Assembly (NCBI GenBank): GCA_046328675.1
Contig: JAXLWC010000001.1
Span: 1-64,000, forward strand
Length of the DNA stretch: 64,000 bases
Origin: Anaerolineae bacterium
GTDB lineage: Bacteria; Chloroflexota; Anaerolineae; Aggregatilineales; Phototrophicaceae
Direction of reading: 5' to 3'
In this document: in pieces, positions 28,505-38,094 of the stretch
How the letters are laid out: each line of letters starts with the position of its first letter
How positions within the stretch are numbered: position 1 is the first letter of the stretch
The notes under the pieces: generated by a model
Seen by the model: only the letters and a program-made list of their open reading frames with translations
The model's database searches: none
What the model was told of the DNA's origin: nothing
Program-made: the position numbers and the translations under genes

Positions 28505-29734
28505 CTACGCTTTAGGCGCGGCACTCGTTTTGGGTTTGAGCACAAAAGCGAACATGGCGACAGCGAAAAGCCCCATGCCACCCCAGAAAAGAAATGGCGC
28601 GTTCAGGCTGATGCTGGCAAGACTGTTGCCTACAGGCGGAGAGAAGGTTCCGCCAAGATTGCGAATCATTGTGGCGAAGCCGATAGCAGTGCCAGCGTAT
28701 ACATGGCTGACACCCTCAACCTCTAGCACACTGGCGTTGAGAATCGCCATGAACGAGTCAAAGACGAAGCCCGTCGCCGCGATTAGCAGCACGATGGTGA
28801 CGCCGTCGACAATGCTCAGCAGGCCAATCCCCACTGACAACACCAGTGCGGCGAAAATCAGAAATGTACGCCGCAGCCGCAGACGGTCCGAAAGGATGGA
28901 TAGGGGAATCACCGCCGTCAGGCTCGTCACAAAGAAAGCCGACAGCGCGCGATCTGCGTCCAGATTTTCCCAGCCAATGTTCTTCAGGTAGGTGGGAAGA
29001 TACCCGCTGAATCCCTGGATACAGGCGTTTATGCCCAGGCCGCCAATCCCCAGTATCCACAGGTTGCGCAGGCTCATGACGTAGCGCAGGCTGTCCAGAA
29101 ACGAGACACGCGGCTCGTGCGCCGCTTTGGACTGCTGTTCAAGCGGATGAACGACGAGCCAAACAAAGCTCATGGCAATTGCCACACAGCCGTAAAACAT
29201 CAACACCTGCCGCCAGCCGCCGAGGACAGGCAGGATCACGCTCGTACTGAGCAGCGGCCCCAGCGTTAGTCCACCCGCGAAACCTGCGGAAATCACGCCG
29301 CTGGCCATTCCCAGTTGATGGGATGGGAACCATTGATTGGCAACCTTGAACAGCAGCACAGGAATGACAGCCTGAAAGATACCGAATAACAACGCGCTGA
29401 TGAGCAGCGTCGTAAAATCCACTGTCAAACCACGCGTGATGCCGAACACTCCGGTCAGCAGGCACGTCACGAAAAGGGTGGTGCGTGTCCCAAAACGATC
29501 CCCTAAAGTGCCGCCAATCAGCGCGAAGAAGATACCCGTGAACGAAACGCTGCCCCATATCACGCCGATTTGCACCAGCGACAGGCCCAAATCCTGACCG
29601 ATGGTCGCAAACAGCGGCGGCAGCGACATATTGGGCAGCGTCACGACGCAAAGCGAGGTCAGCGTACACAGTACGAGCATTACCCAGCGGTAAGAAGTGC
29701 GCGTTGGTTCCAGAATAAGCGAAGAGCCAGCCAT
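28505..29734 (-). CDS. MFS transporter
   Basis: 409 aa, 12 predicted TM segments, MFS-type loop motifs (GTLGDRFGTR). Confidence 0.8.
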   Translation of the reverse strand: MAGSSLILEPTRTSYRWVMLVLCTLTSLCVVTLPNMSLPPLFATIGQDLGLSLVQIGVIWGSVSFTGIFFALIGGTLGDRFGTRTTLFVTCLLTGVFGITRGLTVDFTTLLISALLFGIFQAVIPVLLFKVANQWFPSHQLGMASGVISAGFAGGLTLGPLLSTSVILPVLGGWRQVLMFYGCVAIAMSFVWLVVHPLEQQSKAAHEPRVSFLDSLRYVMSLRNLWILGIGGLGINACIQGFSGYLPTYLKNIGWENLDADRALSAFFVTSLTAVIPLSILSDRLRLRRTFLIFAALVLSVGIGLLSIVDGVTIVLLIAATGFVFDSFMAILNASVLEVEGVSHVYAGTAIGFATMIRNLGGTFSPPVGNSLASISLNAPFLFWGGMGLFAVAMFAFVLKPKTSAAPKA

Positions 29735-29845
29735 GAATCACCTGTGGTTACATCATCGCTGGATTTTACACGGGCGGCCCCGGTACAGCAATCAGACCAC
29801 TTGAAACACCAGGGCGATTGTAAGTCCTGCACTCCTTCATAATGA

Positions 29846-29890
29846 GGGTTAGAATCGGTTGGAAAAGACAAACCTGTCATTTTGAGGCGG
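29846..29890 (+). promoter_or_regulatory. Copy P1 of the GGTTAGAA-N3-GGTTGGAA element, extended version; it also contains CTGTCAT
   Basis: GGGTTAGAATCGGTTGGAAAAGACAAACCTGTCATTTTGAGGCGG, read directly. Confidence 0.5.
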
Positions 29891-30007
29891 TGTGAAATGA
29901 CGGAATGGTTGATCGAATTGATCGGGGATGCTGCGGAAGTTGATGGCGAGGTGGATCGGATTGACAATAAAAATCGTAGTGGGGTAAATGTGAATCAAAA
30001 AGGGGAG

Positions 30008-30050
30008 TCGGTTAGAATGGGTTAGAAAACACAAACGCTGCCGAGGGTGA
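30008..30050 (+). promoter_or_regulatory. Copy P2 of the element (GGTTAGAATGGGTTAGAAAACACAAACGCTGCC)
   Basis: Read directly. Same 8-mer direct repeat at 11-bp spacing. Confidence 0.45.
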
Positions 30051-30235
30051 CGACACGGTGCCGGTTTCACGGACACTGCCATAGCCCTGCTTGAAACATA
30101 GTTCCCACGACATGGCCGCAGTCGAACCTATTGAACGCAGGTGAACGGCCCAGCACACATCGTATGCTGTGCTGCCGGCACGTACCGGGCATCGCTGTAA
30201 GAGCAGAGCCACCCCTGCCACTCGCTGAGCGCGCA

Positions 30236-31156
30236 CTAGAAGTAAAGCTGACCAGCGGTTTCGCCCGATATGGCCTTGAGTTCCTCGGCGGACAAGAACT
30301 CACAGTGTCGCGTAACCCAACTCAGCAATTGCGGATAGGTTGCGACGGAGAGCAGGCCGGGCGCATCGGTGCCCCACATCAGCTTGTCCGCGCCAACCAG
30401 CGCCACCGCGCGGCGCAGATAATCACAGGCCGTTGGGTACGGGTAATCCTCCGTGCGTCCAGCATTGGCGGGCAGCGCGGAAATGTCGAACCAGACGTTA
30501 GGGTGACGTGCCAGCAGAATCTGCGACTGCCACAAATCATCCAAGGTGGCATCGTGTCTGCCTATAGCTGGCTGCGCGAGGTGCGCAATGACAATCCTGA
30601 GCGTGGGATAGCGTGTAATAATGGCTTCTACCGCGTCGGTCTGATAGGACGCTGCACCCACAGCGCCTAAGTCCAGCGTGACCACCAGATTACGGTGTGC
30701 GGCTTCTTCCCAAATCCAGGCCATTTCAGCGCCATCCAGATGCAGGTCAGGATAGATGCCGACAAACCCTGTGGACACGCTCATCTCAAACTTGAGGAGG
30801 TGGAAGCCGTAGTCTTCGACGCAGCGCTTGAACTCATCGCGGCAGTTAGGATCGCGCGGATCAACGTAACCAGCGCCGACAAAACGATCAGGCCACTGCT
30901 GGCAGGCTTCCGCGACGAGCGCATTATTTTCGCCATAGAACGACCCTTGCAGCAGCACAGCCTTGTCCACACCCGCCCAATCCATGTTCGCCAGCAGAAT
31001 TTCAGGCGGGAACGATGTGCTGTTGGCTAAGGGCGGCAGAAGCTGGATTTCTTCATCGCCCAATTGAATCCTGCCGCAGCGCAGTGAACGGGTCACGCCT
31101 GTACCCGTGCGTCCGTGAACCTCATGCCAGATGTGGGCGTGAGCGTCGATTATCAT
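30236..31156 (-). CDS. Amidohydrolase-2 family metal-dependent hydrolase (lactonase/decarboxylase type TIM barrel)
   Basis: MIIDAHAHIW start, and LMWGTDAP near the C-terminus. Confidence 0.8.
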   Translation of the reverse strand: MIIDAHAHIWHEVHGRTGTGVTRSLRCGRIQLGDEEIQLLPPLANSTSFPPEILLANMDWAGVDKAVLLQGSFYGENNALVAEACQQWPDRFVGAGYVDPRDPNCRDEFKRCVEDYGFHLLKFEMSVSTGFVGIYPDLHLDGAEMAWIWEEAAHRNLVVTLDLGAVGAASYQTDAVEAIITRYPTLRIVIAHLAQPAIGRHDATLDDLWQSQILLARHPNVWFDISALPANAGRTEDYPYPTACDYLRRAVALVGADKLMWGTDAPGLLSVATYPQLLSWVTRHCEFLSAEELKAISGETAGQLYF

Positions 31157-31944
31157 GACGGTTTCTCCGACATGATGCGCAGGTAATCACGATCCCACAT
31201 GAATTCGTTGGTTTCAAAGAAGGTTTCGGGCATGACAAAGTCACTGAGCTTAAACAGGGCACGCTTGATGTGGTTCTGACCTCGATTGAGGATGAATACG
31301 CCGTGTCCCGGCAGCAGCATGTCGAGATGCAGGTCAGCGAGCTTGGGCATATCACGACGATAATCGCTCATGTTGAACCCATCGAGGTTGAGCAGGCCCA
31401 GTTTGCCCCCATAAAATACCACATCGCCCGAAAACAACCCGCGCCGTCCATTGTCTTCCAACAGAAAACAGACGGAGTCCGGTGTATGTCCCTGCACCAG
31501 AATCGTCGTGACTTCGATGCTGCCGATGAAGAATTTCTCGCCATCCTTCAGCAGATAGTCCGGCGGACAAGGGGACGGAACGAAGCCCGGCGGATAACGT
31601 TTGTATTTGATATTGAGCTGGATACCCTGATCGTCAGCGATGTTGGTCATAGCAAGTGCGCCCAACTCATGGACATAAATCTTTGCGCCCGTGCGCTGGC
31701 GAATGGCTGGCGCGCCGCCCCAGTGCCCGGCGTGTGCGTGGGTGATAAGGATGTGGGTCAGCTTTTGTGGGTCGAAGCCCTCGGCGGCGATATTGGCGAG
31801 AATCTCGTCCGCGCCGAGTCCCAGCCCGGTATCCACCAAGCCCAATGCTGAGCCGCCGTCAATCAGGAAACAGTTACAATCCAGCGGATGGCTGATACCG
31901 AACTGTTCGCTGCCTACGAGGTACAGGTGTTCACTGATGCGCAT
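31153..31944 (-). CDS. MBL-fold metallo-hydrolase
   Basis: ILITHAHAGHWGG (the HxHxDH-type motif), and downstream His/Asp ligands. 4-nt overlap with the amidohydrolase gene. Confidence 0.8.
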   Translation of the reverse strand: MRISEHLYLVGSEQFGISHPLDCNCFLIDGGSALGLVDTGLGLGADEILANIAAEGFDPQKLTHILITHAHAGHWGGAPAIRQRTGAKIYVHELGALAMTNIADDQGIQLNIKYKRYPPGFVPSPCPPDYLLKDGEKFFIGSIEVTTILVQGHTPDSVCFLLEDNGRRGLFSGDVVFYGGKLGLLNLDGFNMSDYRRDMPKLADLHLDMLLPGHGVFILNRGQNHIKRALFKLSDFVMPETFFETNEFMWDRDYLRIMSEKPS

Positions 31945-31953
31945 AACGGCCCC

Positions 31954-32370
31954 CTATACTTCCGGCACAAGGTCTTTGGTAATGGCGATGATTTCAAAAA
32001 TCCAGCCGCTGGGCGCGCGGAAGAAGGCGACGCGGCGTTCGCCAAACCCTGCTGACACCTCCGCAGTCGGGCGAATTTCGGTGGCACCACTGGCAAGCGC
32101 GGTAGCTACATCCTGCTCAAAGTTGTCAGTTTTATATACCAGATGCGTTGGGCCATAAGGCAGCGGCGTGCCCAGCAGCACTTCATAAACCATCTTCTCG
32201 GCGAGGTGCATGTATTTGTCACCCATTTTCACGAGGGGAATGCGATAGGATTCGCCGTCAATCACCAGCACCTCATCCAGCACAATCTGATTACCCATCT
32301 GCCTGTGAAAAGCCAGTTCGCGCTCCAGATCAGGCACCTTGACCCCAATTGTCCACAGTCCGGTTAACAT
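31954..32370 (-). CDS. VOC (glyoxalase/bleomycin-resistance/dioxygenase) family protein
   Basis: 138 aa with a two-module beta-alpha-beta-beta-beta pattern and similarity to glyoxalase-like proteins. Confidence 0.7.
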   Translation of the reverse strand: MLTGLWTIGVKVPDLERELAFHRQMGNQIVLDEVLVIDGESYRIPLVKMGDKYMHLAEKMVYEVLLGTPLPYGPTHLVYKTDNFEQDVATALASGATEIRPTAEVSAGFGERRVAFFRAPSGWIFEIIAITKDLVPEV

Positions 32371-32382
32371 CTGCTGCTCCTT

Positions 32383-33306
32383 TCAATCGCGCTTGACGTA
32401 GGTTTCACGAATGCGGCGCACTTCATCCACATTCATCCACAATTCCAGCAGGTCATAGAGGTTGCCGTGCTGCTGGCGCAGGCTGCTGATTTTGCCACTC
32501 TGTTTTTCCAGTGCCAGCGCTTCGACCATCGCGTTGACGGCAACCCCTAACATCGTCGTGGGTTCAATCTGAAGCTGATACCCCAGTTCATAAAGCTCAT
32601 CTACCGTGAGTTCCATCATGTCTGAGGCATACTGAACGCGATCTGCATTGATTTCCGTGCCGAGCGTGCGAATGGTCATCATCGGCCCTTCGATCTGGCT
32701 GCGGAAGAAGCGGGCGTGCTCAGTCGTCCAGCAGATAGCCATAATGGCATCGGCACCTGCTTCCTGATAGGCTTTGGCGCGGCGCAGCCAATCGGCCCGG
32801 CGTGATTCCTCGTCGGGGTGGACGCGGGCAACATACGTGCCGGGGCGACCAATCACCATAAACTGTTTGTTGAGCTTCTCGCCCGCCATTGCGCGGATTT
32901 TGTCGGCGGTTTCATCCATCGATTCGAGGTTCATCACATGCGGCGGGATGAACGGGCATTTGTAGGGCAGGCCATAATCGTCAATGTGAACGGCGGCGAC
33001 ACCCGCGCGCTCCATCTCATTCATCCAGTACACGGAGACGTAGGGTTCACCGAAGCCCTGTTCAAAGTCCACCACGATAGGCAGGCTGATGGAACGGCGA
33101 ATCTTGCGACACATCTCGACAATCTGGTCAGGGGTAATCACGCCGATGTCGGGCTGGCCGTTGACGAAGGCCATTTGCAGCGATTGCACGCCGACGGCAT
33201 CAAAGCCCGCGCGTTCAGCAATCTTGGCCGAGACCACATCGTGAACGCCCATAATCCAGATGGGCCGCTTCTGTTGCAGCAGGGGGGTTAAATAAGGGGT
33301 TTCCAT
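32383..33306 (-). CDS. Isocitrate lyase / PEP mutase superfamily protein with a divergent active-site loop
   Basis: ICL/PEPM family homology over 307 aa (IWIMGVHDVVSAKIAERAGFDAVGV...VVDFEQGFG). The canonical K-R/K-C-G-H loop is replaced by DDYGLPYKCPF. Confidence 0.7.
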   Translation of the reverse strand: METPYLTPLLQQKRPIWIMGVHDVVSAKIAERAGFDAVGVQSLQMAFVNGQPDIGVITPDQIVEMCRKIRRSISLPIVVDFEQGFGEPYVSVYWMNEMERAGVAAVHIDDYGLPYKCPFIPPHVMNLESMDETADKIRAMAGEKLNKQFMVIGRPGTYVARVHPDEESRRADWLRRAKAYQEAGADAIMAICWTTEHARFFRSQIEGPMMTIRTLGTEINADRVQYASDMMELTVDELYELGYQLQIEPTTMLGVAVNAMVEALALEKQSGKISSLRQQHGNLYDLLELWMNVDEVRRIRETYVKRD

Positions 33307-33327
33307 AAAAAGCAGCTTTCTCTAAGG

Positions 33328-34488
33328 CTAAAGGTATATTTTTTGTCCGCTGCGCTGTGATTCGTAGGCCGCGTCGACCACAGCCAGCGTTGCTAAGCCA
33401 TCCTGTCCATTCACCTGCGGCGTCGTACGCTGCTGGATGGCGCGAATAAAGTGATCGATCTGACGGTGAAACATGTAGGTTTCGTTAGTTGCAGGCGACA
33501 GCGGGCCGCCGGGCGAACGGCGCGGATCAGGCATTTCTAACTGATACCATCCCCGGTTGTTGTGCTGGCGATCTTCCAGCGACCAGACCATGACCCTGCC
33601 GTTTTCGGGCGAATCCCAGGGCGGCATGTCAAACGTAAGCTGGCCGCGCGTGCCAAAGAGATAGCCGAACTCCGACCACTCCCCGACGCCGGAACCATTA
33701 TGCAAAATCGGTGACAGGCCGCGGCCCACGGTGCCTGTATCGAAGATGCCGATAGCTCCATTTTTGAAACGCATCAGCACCGCGCCGAAGTCTTCCCAAA
33801 GGCCGATGTCCGCACGATTAAGATAATCGCGCGTAACATTCTGAGACTCGACACACACGCTGGCGACTTCCGAACTCGTCCACCAGCGCCAGAGGTCAAC
33901 GTAATGCGGCAGATGGTCTTGCAGAATGCCACCGCCCACCGAGGGGTCTTTCCAGCGCCACTCGTAATTTTCGCGATAGCCCGGCGGAATAAACTGCTCC
34001 GGCGCGAGTTTGACTGTCGCGCCCCAATGTACCACCAGATAAAAAACCTGCCCGATAATGCCGCTGTCGATAATGTGCTTGATACGCTCAAACGCCAGAT
34101 TGAAGCGCTTCTCGTGCCCCAGCATCAGATAGACATTGTGCTCACGCGCCGCCGCAATCATCGCATGGCATTCCGCCTGCGTGCGGCCCATCGGCTTTTC
34201 CAGCAGGATATGTTTTTTGTGGGCAGCGGCAGCGAGAGCCATATCATGATGGGCAGCGGGAGGCGTACAGATGCAGACGGCGTCAAGCTCGTCATGGGCC
34301 AGCAGCGCATTGTAATCGGTGGTGGCAAAGCGCGCGCCGAAACGCTGCTGTGCCTGCTGCGCACGCGTGAGATCATTATCACAAACCGCCAGCAGCTCGG
34401 CGTCAGGATGCCCCCAGATCCAGGGCAGGTGCCCCATCCAGGCCGCAACCCCACAGCCCACCACCCCAAAGCGTACCTTTTCTGCCAC
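33328..34488 (-). CDS. Gfo/Idh/MocA family NAD(P)-dependent oxidoreductase
   Basis: N-terminal Rossmann motif VRFGVVGCGVAAW, the EKPM motif, and C-terminal alpha/beta domain. Confidence 0.85.
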   Translation of the reverse strand: MAEKVRFGVVGCGVAAWMGHLPWIWGHPDAELLAVCDNDLTRAQQAQQRFGARFATTDYNALLAHDELDAVCICTPPAAHHDMALAAAAHKKHILLEKPMGRTQAECHAMIAAAREHNVYLMLGHEKRFNLAFERIKHIIDSGIIGQVFYLVVHWGATVKLAPEQFIPPGYRENYEWRWKDPSVGGGILQDHLPHYVDLWRWWTSSEVASVCVESQNVTRDYLNRADIGLWEDFGAVLMRFKNGAIGIFDTGTVGRGLSPILHNGSGVGEWSEFGYLFGTRGQLTFDMPPWDSPENGRVMVWSLEDRQHNNRGWYQLEMPDPRRSPGGPLSPATNETYMFHRQIDHFIRAIQQRTTPQVNGQDGLATLAVVDAAYESQRSGQKIYL

Positions 34489-34640
34489 AGCGCCTCCGCA
34501 TCCCCCGCCTGTATCCAGGAAACCAACCGACTGGACTTTGTCTGCAAACTGCTTGACACGAATCTGTTTTGTTGTACAATACGCACATCAATGTGCATCA
34601 TTCGCACAGCATACCGAAAATTAGTCTTTTTTGCAAAAAT

Positions 34641-35426
34641 ATGTCTGAAGACCCGAATATTATCCAATCTTTGTCACGCGGGTTAGAAGCGCTGGAGCGC
34701 GTTTCCCAGCATTCCATGACCCCCAAAGCCCTGGCCGACGCGCTGGGCGTAGACCGGAGCACGGCTTACCGTATCCTGTGTACACTGGCGGCGCATGGTT
34801 TTGTCGAGCGTGACCCTCTCAGTGAGCAGTACATCGTCAGCAGCCGTAAAATCTTCGCGCTGGGCAGCACAATCGGCGCGAGTTCGCACTGGCCCTCGCT
34901 GGCGACCCCCTGGCTCAAACAACTTCGCGATGAAACGGGTGAAGCTGTAAATATCGCGGTGCTGCAAGGCAGTGAAGTGGTGTACGTCAACAACCTGCCG
35001 AGCCTCGAAGCGATTACCGTGGGGCCTCTCCTCGGCCTGCGCCGTCCTATTTACGTATCAGCGGTGGGGAAAGCAATCGTCGCTTTTCTGCCGGAAGATG
35101 AACGCGAAGATATTATCAATCAACTTAATCTCAAATCCATGACTTCGCACACGATTACCAGCCGGGATGTCCTGCGCGCCGAACTGCAACAGGTTCGCGA
35201 GCAGGGATACGCCGTCGATGATGAGGAAACCTTCATCGGAGTGCGCTGTATCGCCGCGCCGCTGTATGACCACAGCAATCAGGTAATCGCCTCAATGGGG
35301 CTTTCTGGACCCGCGTCGCGTGTTACTCGTGAACGGACGGCAGAAATTGGTCAGCGTGTACGCACGCTGGCGGAAGAGTTCTCGCTGTCGCTGGGCGCGC
35401 GACGTGACCTGTTAAGCGAATACTAA
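34641..35426 (+). CDS. IclR-family transcriptional regulator
   Basis: N-terminal winged HTH (SLSRGLEALERVSQHSMTPKALADALGVDRSTAYRILCTL) and a C-terminal effector-binding domain. Divergent from the minus-strand operon. Confidence 0.85.
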   Translation: MSEDPNIIQSLSRGLEALERVSQHSMTPKALADALGVDRSTAYRILCTLAAHGFVERDPLSEQYIVSSRKIFALGSTIGASSHWPSLATPWLKQLRDETGEAVNIAVLQGSEVVYVNNLPSLEAITVGPLLGLRRPIYVSAVGKAIVAFLPEDEREDIINQLNLKSMTSHTITSRDVLRAELQQVREQGYAVDDEETFIGVRCIAAPLYDHSNQVIASMGLSGPASRVTRERTAEIGQRVRTLAEEFSLSLGARRDLLSEY

Positions 35427-35583
35427 GCCGAGATGGTGAAAAGCACCGTGCTGGTTTCTATACGAGCGGATAGAGCCAGGATGCGCCAACCGTCCCATAG
35501 ATCAACGAGGAGGTGAATAGACACTACTCAAGTGAACGCCTGGTGACTTGAACTATTGCGAAGAGAATTAAGGAGCAATACGA

Positions 35584-37074
35584 ATGAAACGCAATCGTCT
35601 TTTTGTATTCTGTTTGCTTGTATTTACACTGACTCTGGGTTTCGCAGGGGTACGTCCGACATTCGCACAGGTTGATCCGTTTGAAGTGACTGACCCGGCG
35701 ACGGGCGCGCGCCCGTTTGAAGGGCAGACACTGCGTATCATTAACACCGAAGTCGTGCCTATTCTTGCTTATGAGCACGAAGTCCTGGACGCGGCATACG
35801 TCGAAGCCTCCGGCGTCAATCTGGATTACACCAACTATGACCAGGGCGCACTGCTGCCCGTGCTGCAAACCATGTGCGCGGCGCAGGGTGACGACTATGA
35901 CATTATGTTTGTCGAAGACGGTTGGGCGGGCGCACTTGAAGCACTAGGCTGCCTTGAACCCCTCGAACCCTATTATGTTGCGGCACCGGGCGACAGCCAC
36001 CCCGAAGACTACCCGGCGCGTGCGTTCGGCACCATCGCCATGCACAATGAGACCTGGTACGGGATGCCGACGCTGGTCGCAGTAGGGATGTTCGCCTATC
36101 GTATGGATCTGTTCAATGACCCTGACGAACAGGCCGCCTTCCAGGCACAGTATGGCCGTGAACTGCGCGTGCCCGAAGACTGGCAGGAACTGATGGAAGT
36201 GGGGCAGTTCTTTACGCGTCCCGACTCCGGGCTGTACGGTCTGAACTACCGCTATGGTACGCCGAATAACATCCTGTTCGACTTCATGATTCACTTCGGT
36301 TTCTCGCGCGGTGTCAACTTCTTTGATGGGAACTTCCACCCCTTGTTTGACAGTGAAGCAGCGCTGGATGCGGCCAGCTTCTTCACCGGCCCCGATTTCC
36401 TCGCCCTGCAACCGCCGGGACGCGAATCATTCCAGTTTGGCGAAGTGCTGCAAAACTTCTCACAGGGTGCCGTCGCCATGTACAGCACTGAAAGCTGGGC
36501 TATTCCGCTGCTGCTCGACCCCGCCGCGTCAACCGTCGCCGATGTGACAGGCTTCGCCCCGATCCCCGGCTGGCGCAACCCTGAAACCGGTGAAGTCCAG
36601 CGTCAACTGCTGTCCGCAGGCCCGGCGTACATGGTCAACGCCAACATCTCACCCGAACGCAAACGTCTGGCATGGGACTACCTGCAACTGGCACACGGTA
36701 TGCAGTTCGCCAACCTCCTGGCAGATCAATACGGTGCGGGACATCGCACGTCTGTCCTGAGCAATCCTGACTTCCAGGCACGCTTCCCCTATTTCGCGGG
36801 GCTGCTGGTGGCTGAAAGCGGTGGTATCGGGCGTCCGTCTGAACCGTGGTGGCCAGAAGCTGAAAACGCGCTGGGCCAGGGCTTGCAGGCTGCGGTGGCC
36901 GGAACCCCGGTTGAGGAGGCGATGGCTACGGCCCAGGCCGAAGTGGAGCGCATCGTCGCGGATGCTGGCTATGACGATGGCACGCATCATTATGTGACGG
37001 TGGAGGAACGCGAGGCTTACGTCTGCGATTTGTTCGCCCGCTTAAGCCTGTCCATTCCTGAGTGCGGTTCTTAA
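35584..37074 (+). CDS. ABC transporter extracellular solute-binding protein, family 1 (CUT1 sugar type)
   Basis: Signal peptide MKRNRLFVFCLLVFTLTLGFAGVRPTFAQ. 496 aa. AAGGAG RBS. Confidence 0.85.
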   Translation: MKRNRLFVFCLLVFTLTLGFAGVRPTFAQVDPFEVTDPATGARPFEGQTLRIINTEVVPILAYEHEVLDAAYVEASGVNLDYTNYDQGALLPVLQTMCAAQGDDYDIMFVEDGWAGALEALGCLEPLEPYYVAAPGDSHPEDYPARAFGTIAMHNETWYGMPTLVAVGMFAYRMDLFNDPDEQAAFQAQYGRELRVPEDWQELMEVGQFFTRPDSGLYGLNYRYGTPNNILFDFMIHFGFSRGVNFFDGNFHPLFDSEAALDAASFFTGPDFLALQPPGRESFQFGEVLQNFSQGAVAMYSTESWAIPLLLDPAASTVADVTGFAPIPGWRNPETGEVQRQLLSAGPAYMVNANISPERKRLAWDYLQLAHGMQFANLLADQYGAGHRTSVLSNPDFQARFPYFAGLLVAESGGIGRPSEPWWPEAENALGQGLQAAVAGTPVEEAMATAQAEVERIVADAGYDDGTHHYVTVEEREAYVCDLFARLSLSIPECGS

Positions 37075-37149
37075 AAACACACGGCGCATGACGAACGACT
37101 AGGACGTTGTCATGCGCCTTTGTACCCAAAAAAGGCGGGAGAATTATAG

Positions 37150-38094
37150 ATGGCACAGCCGGTTGAGGCAAATGTAGTAAGCAATAACATTAGTATGGGG
37201 CAGGGGCCGCGAATGTGGCTCTATCGCTTAACCCAGAAGTACACCCATTGGTTTTTTATCGCCCCCGCGTTGATTACCCTGCTGCTGGTCGCGATTTACC
37301 CAATCGTGTTCTCAACCGGCTTGTCTTTTTTCCGCGTGACGTTTGACTCGCTGGAGCGTCCGTTTGTCGGGTTTGACAATTTCGCCTATATCATCGGTGA
37401 TCGTGACTATCGCGTCGTGCTGGGCAATACGCTGCTGTACGTCCTCGTCACGGTGTCCGGCTCGTTTATCCTGGGGTTTGCCGTCGCGCTGCTGCTGCGT
37501 CAGATCAGCAAAGGGCGAACGTGGCTGCGCATCATCCTGATTATCCCGATGACAATGGCCCCAATGGCCGTCGGGCTGACGTGGAACTGGATGCTTGACC
37601 CGCTGTTTGGGTTAATCAACTGGTTCCTGACAACGGTGGGGCTGCCCACGCAAACGTGGCTGGCACAAACCGCCACCGCGCGCATCACGGTGATGCTGGT
37701 TGACATCTGGCAGTGGTACCCGCTGGTGTTCCTGATTATGGACGCCGGGCTGTCGGCGCTGCCGCGTGCGCCGTATGAAGCGGCACGACTGGAAGGCGCC
37801 TCATGGTGGATGATTTTCCGCCGCATCACCCTGCCGCTGCTGCGCCCGGTGATTCTGGTGGCGCTGCTGCTGCGCACCGTCGATGCTTTCCGCACCTTTG
37901 ACCTTGTGCGCGTGATGACCGACGGCGGCCCGGCTCAGACGACAGAAACCCTGAGTCTATTCCTGTATCGTACCGCGTTCAATTTCAATAAGTTGAGCCG
38001 GGCGGGCGCAGGAGCAACGATTATGCTTATCATCATCAGCATCGTTTCGGCGCTGATGTTCCGTTTTCTATATCGCGAGGTTGAACGGCGCTAA
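37150..38094 (+). CDS. Sugar ABC transporter permease (MalF/UgpA-like)
   Basis: Six TM segments, EAA-loop region (ARLEGASWWMIFRRITLP). Confidence 0.85.
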   Translation: MAQPVEANVVSNNISMGQGPRMWLYRLTQKYTHWFFIAPALITLLLVAIYPIVFSTGLSFFRVTFDSLERPFVGFDNFAYIIGDRDYRVVLGNTLLYVLVTVSGSFILGFAVALLLRQISKGRTWLRIILIIPMTMAPMAVGLTWNWMLDPLFGLINWFLTTVGLPTQTWLAQTATARITVMLVDIWQWYPLVFLIMDAGLSALPRAPYEAARLEGASWWMIFRRITLPLLRPVILVALLLRTVDAFRTFDLVRVMTDGGPAQTTETLSLFLYRTAFNFNKLSRAGAGATIMLIIISIVSALMFRFLYREVERR

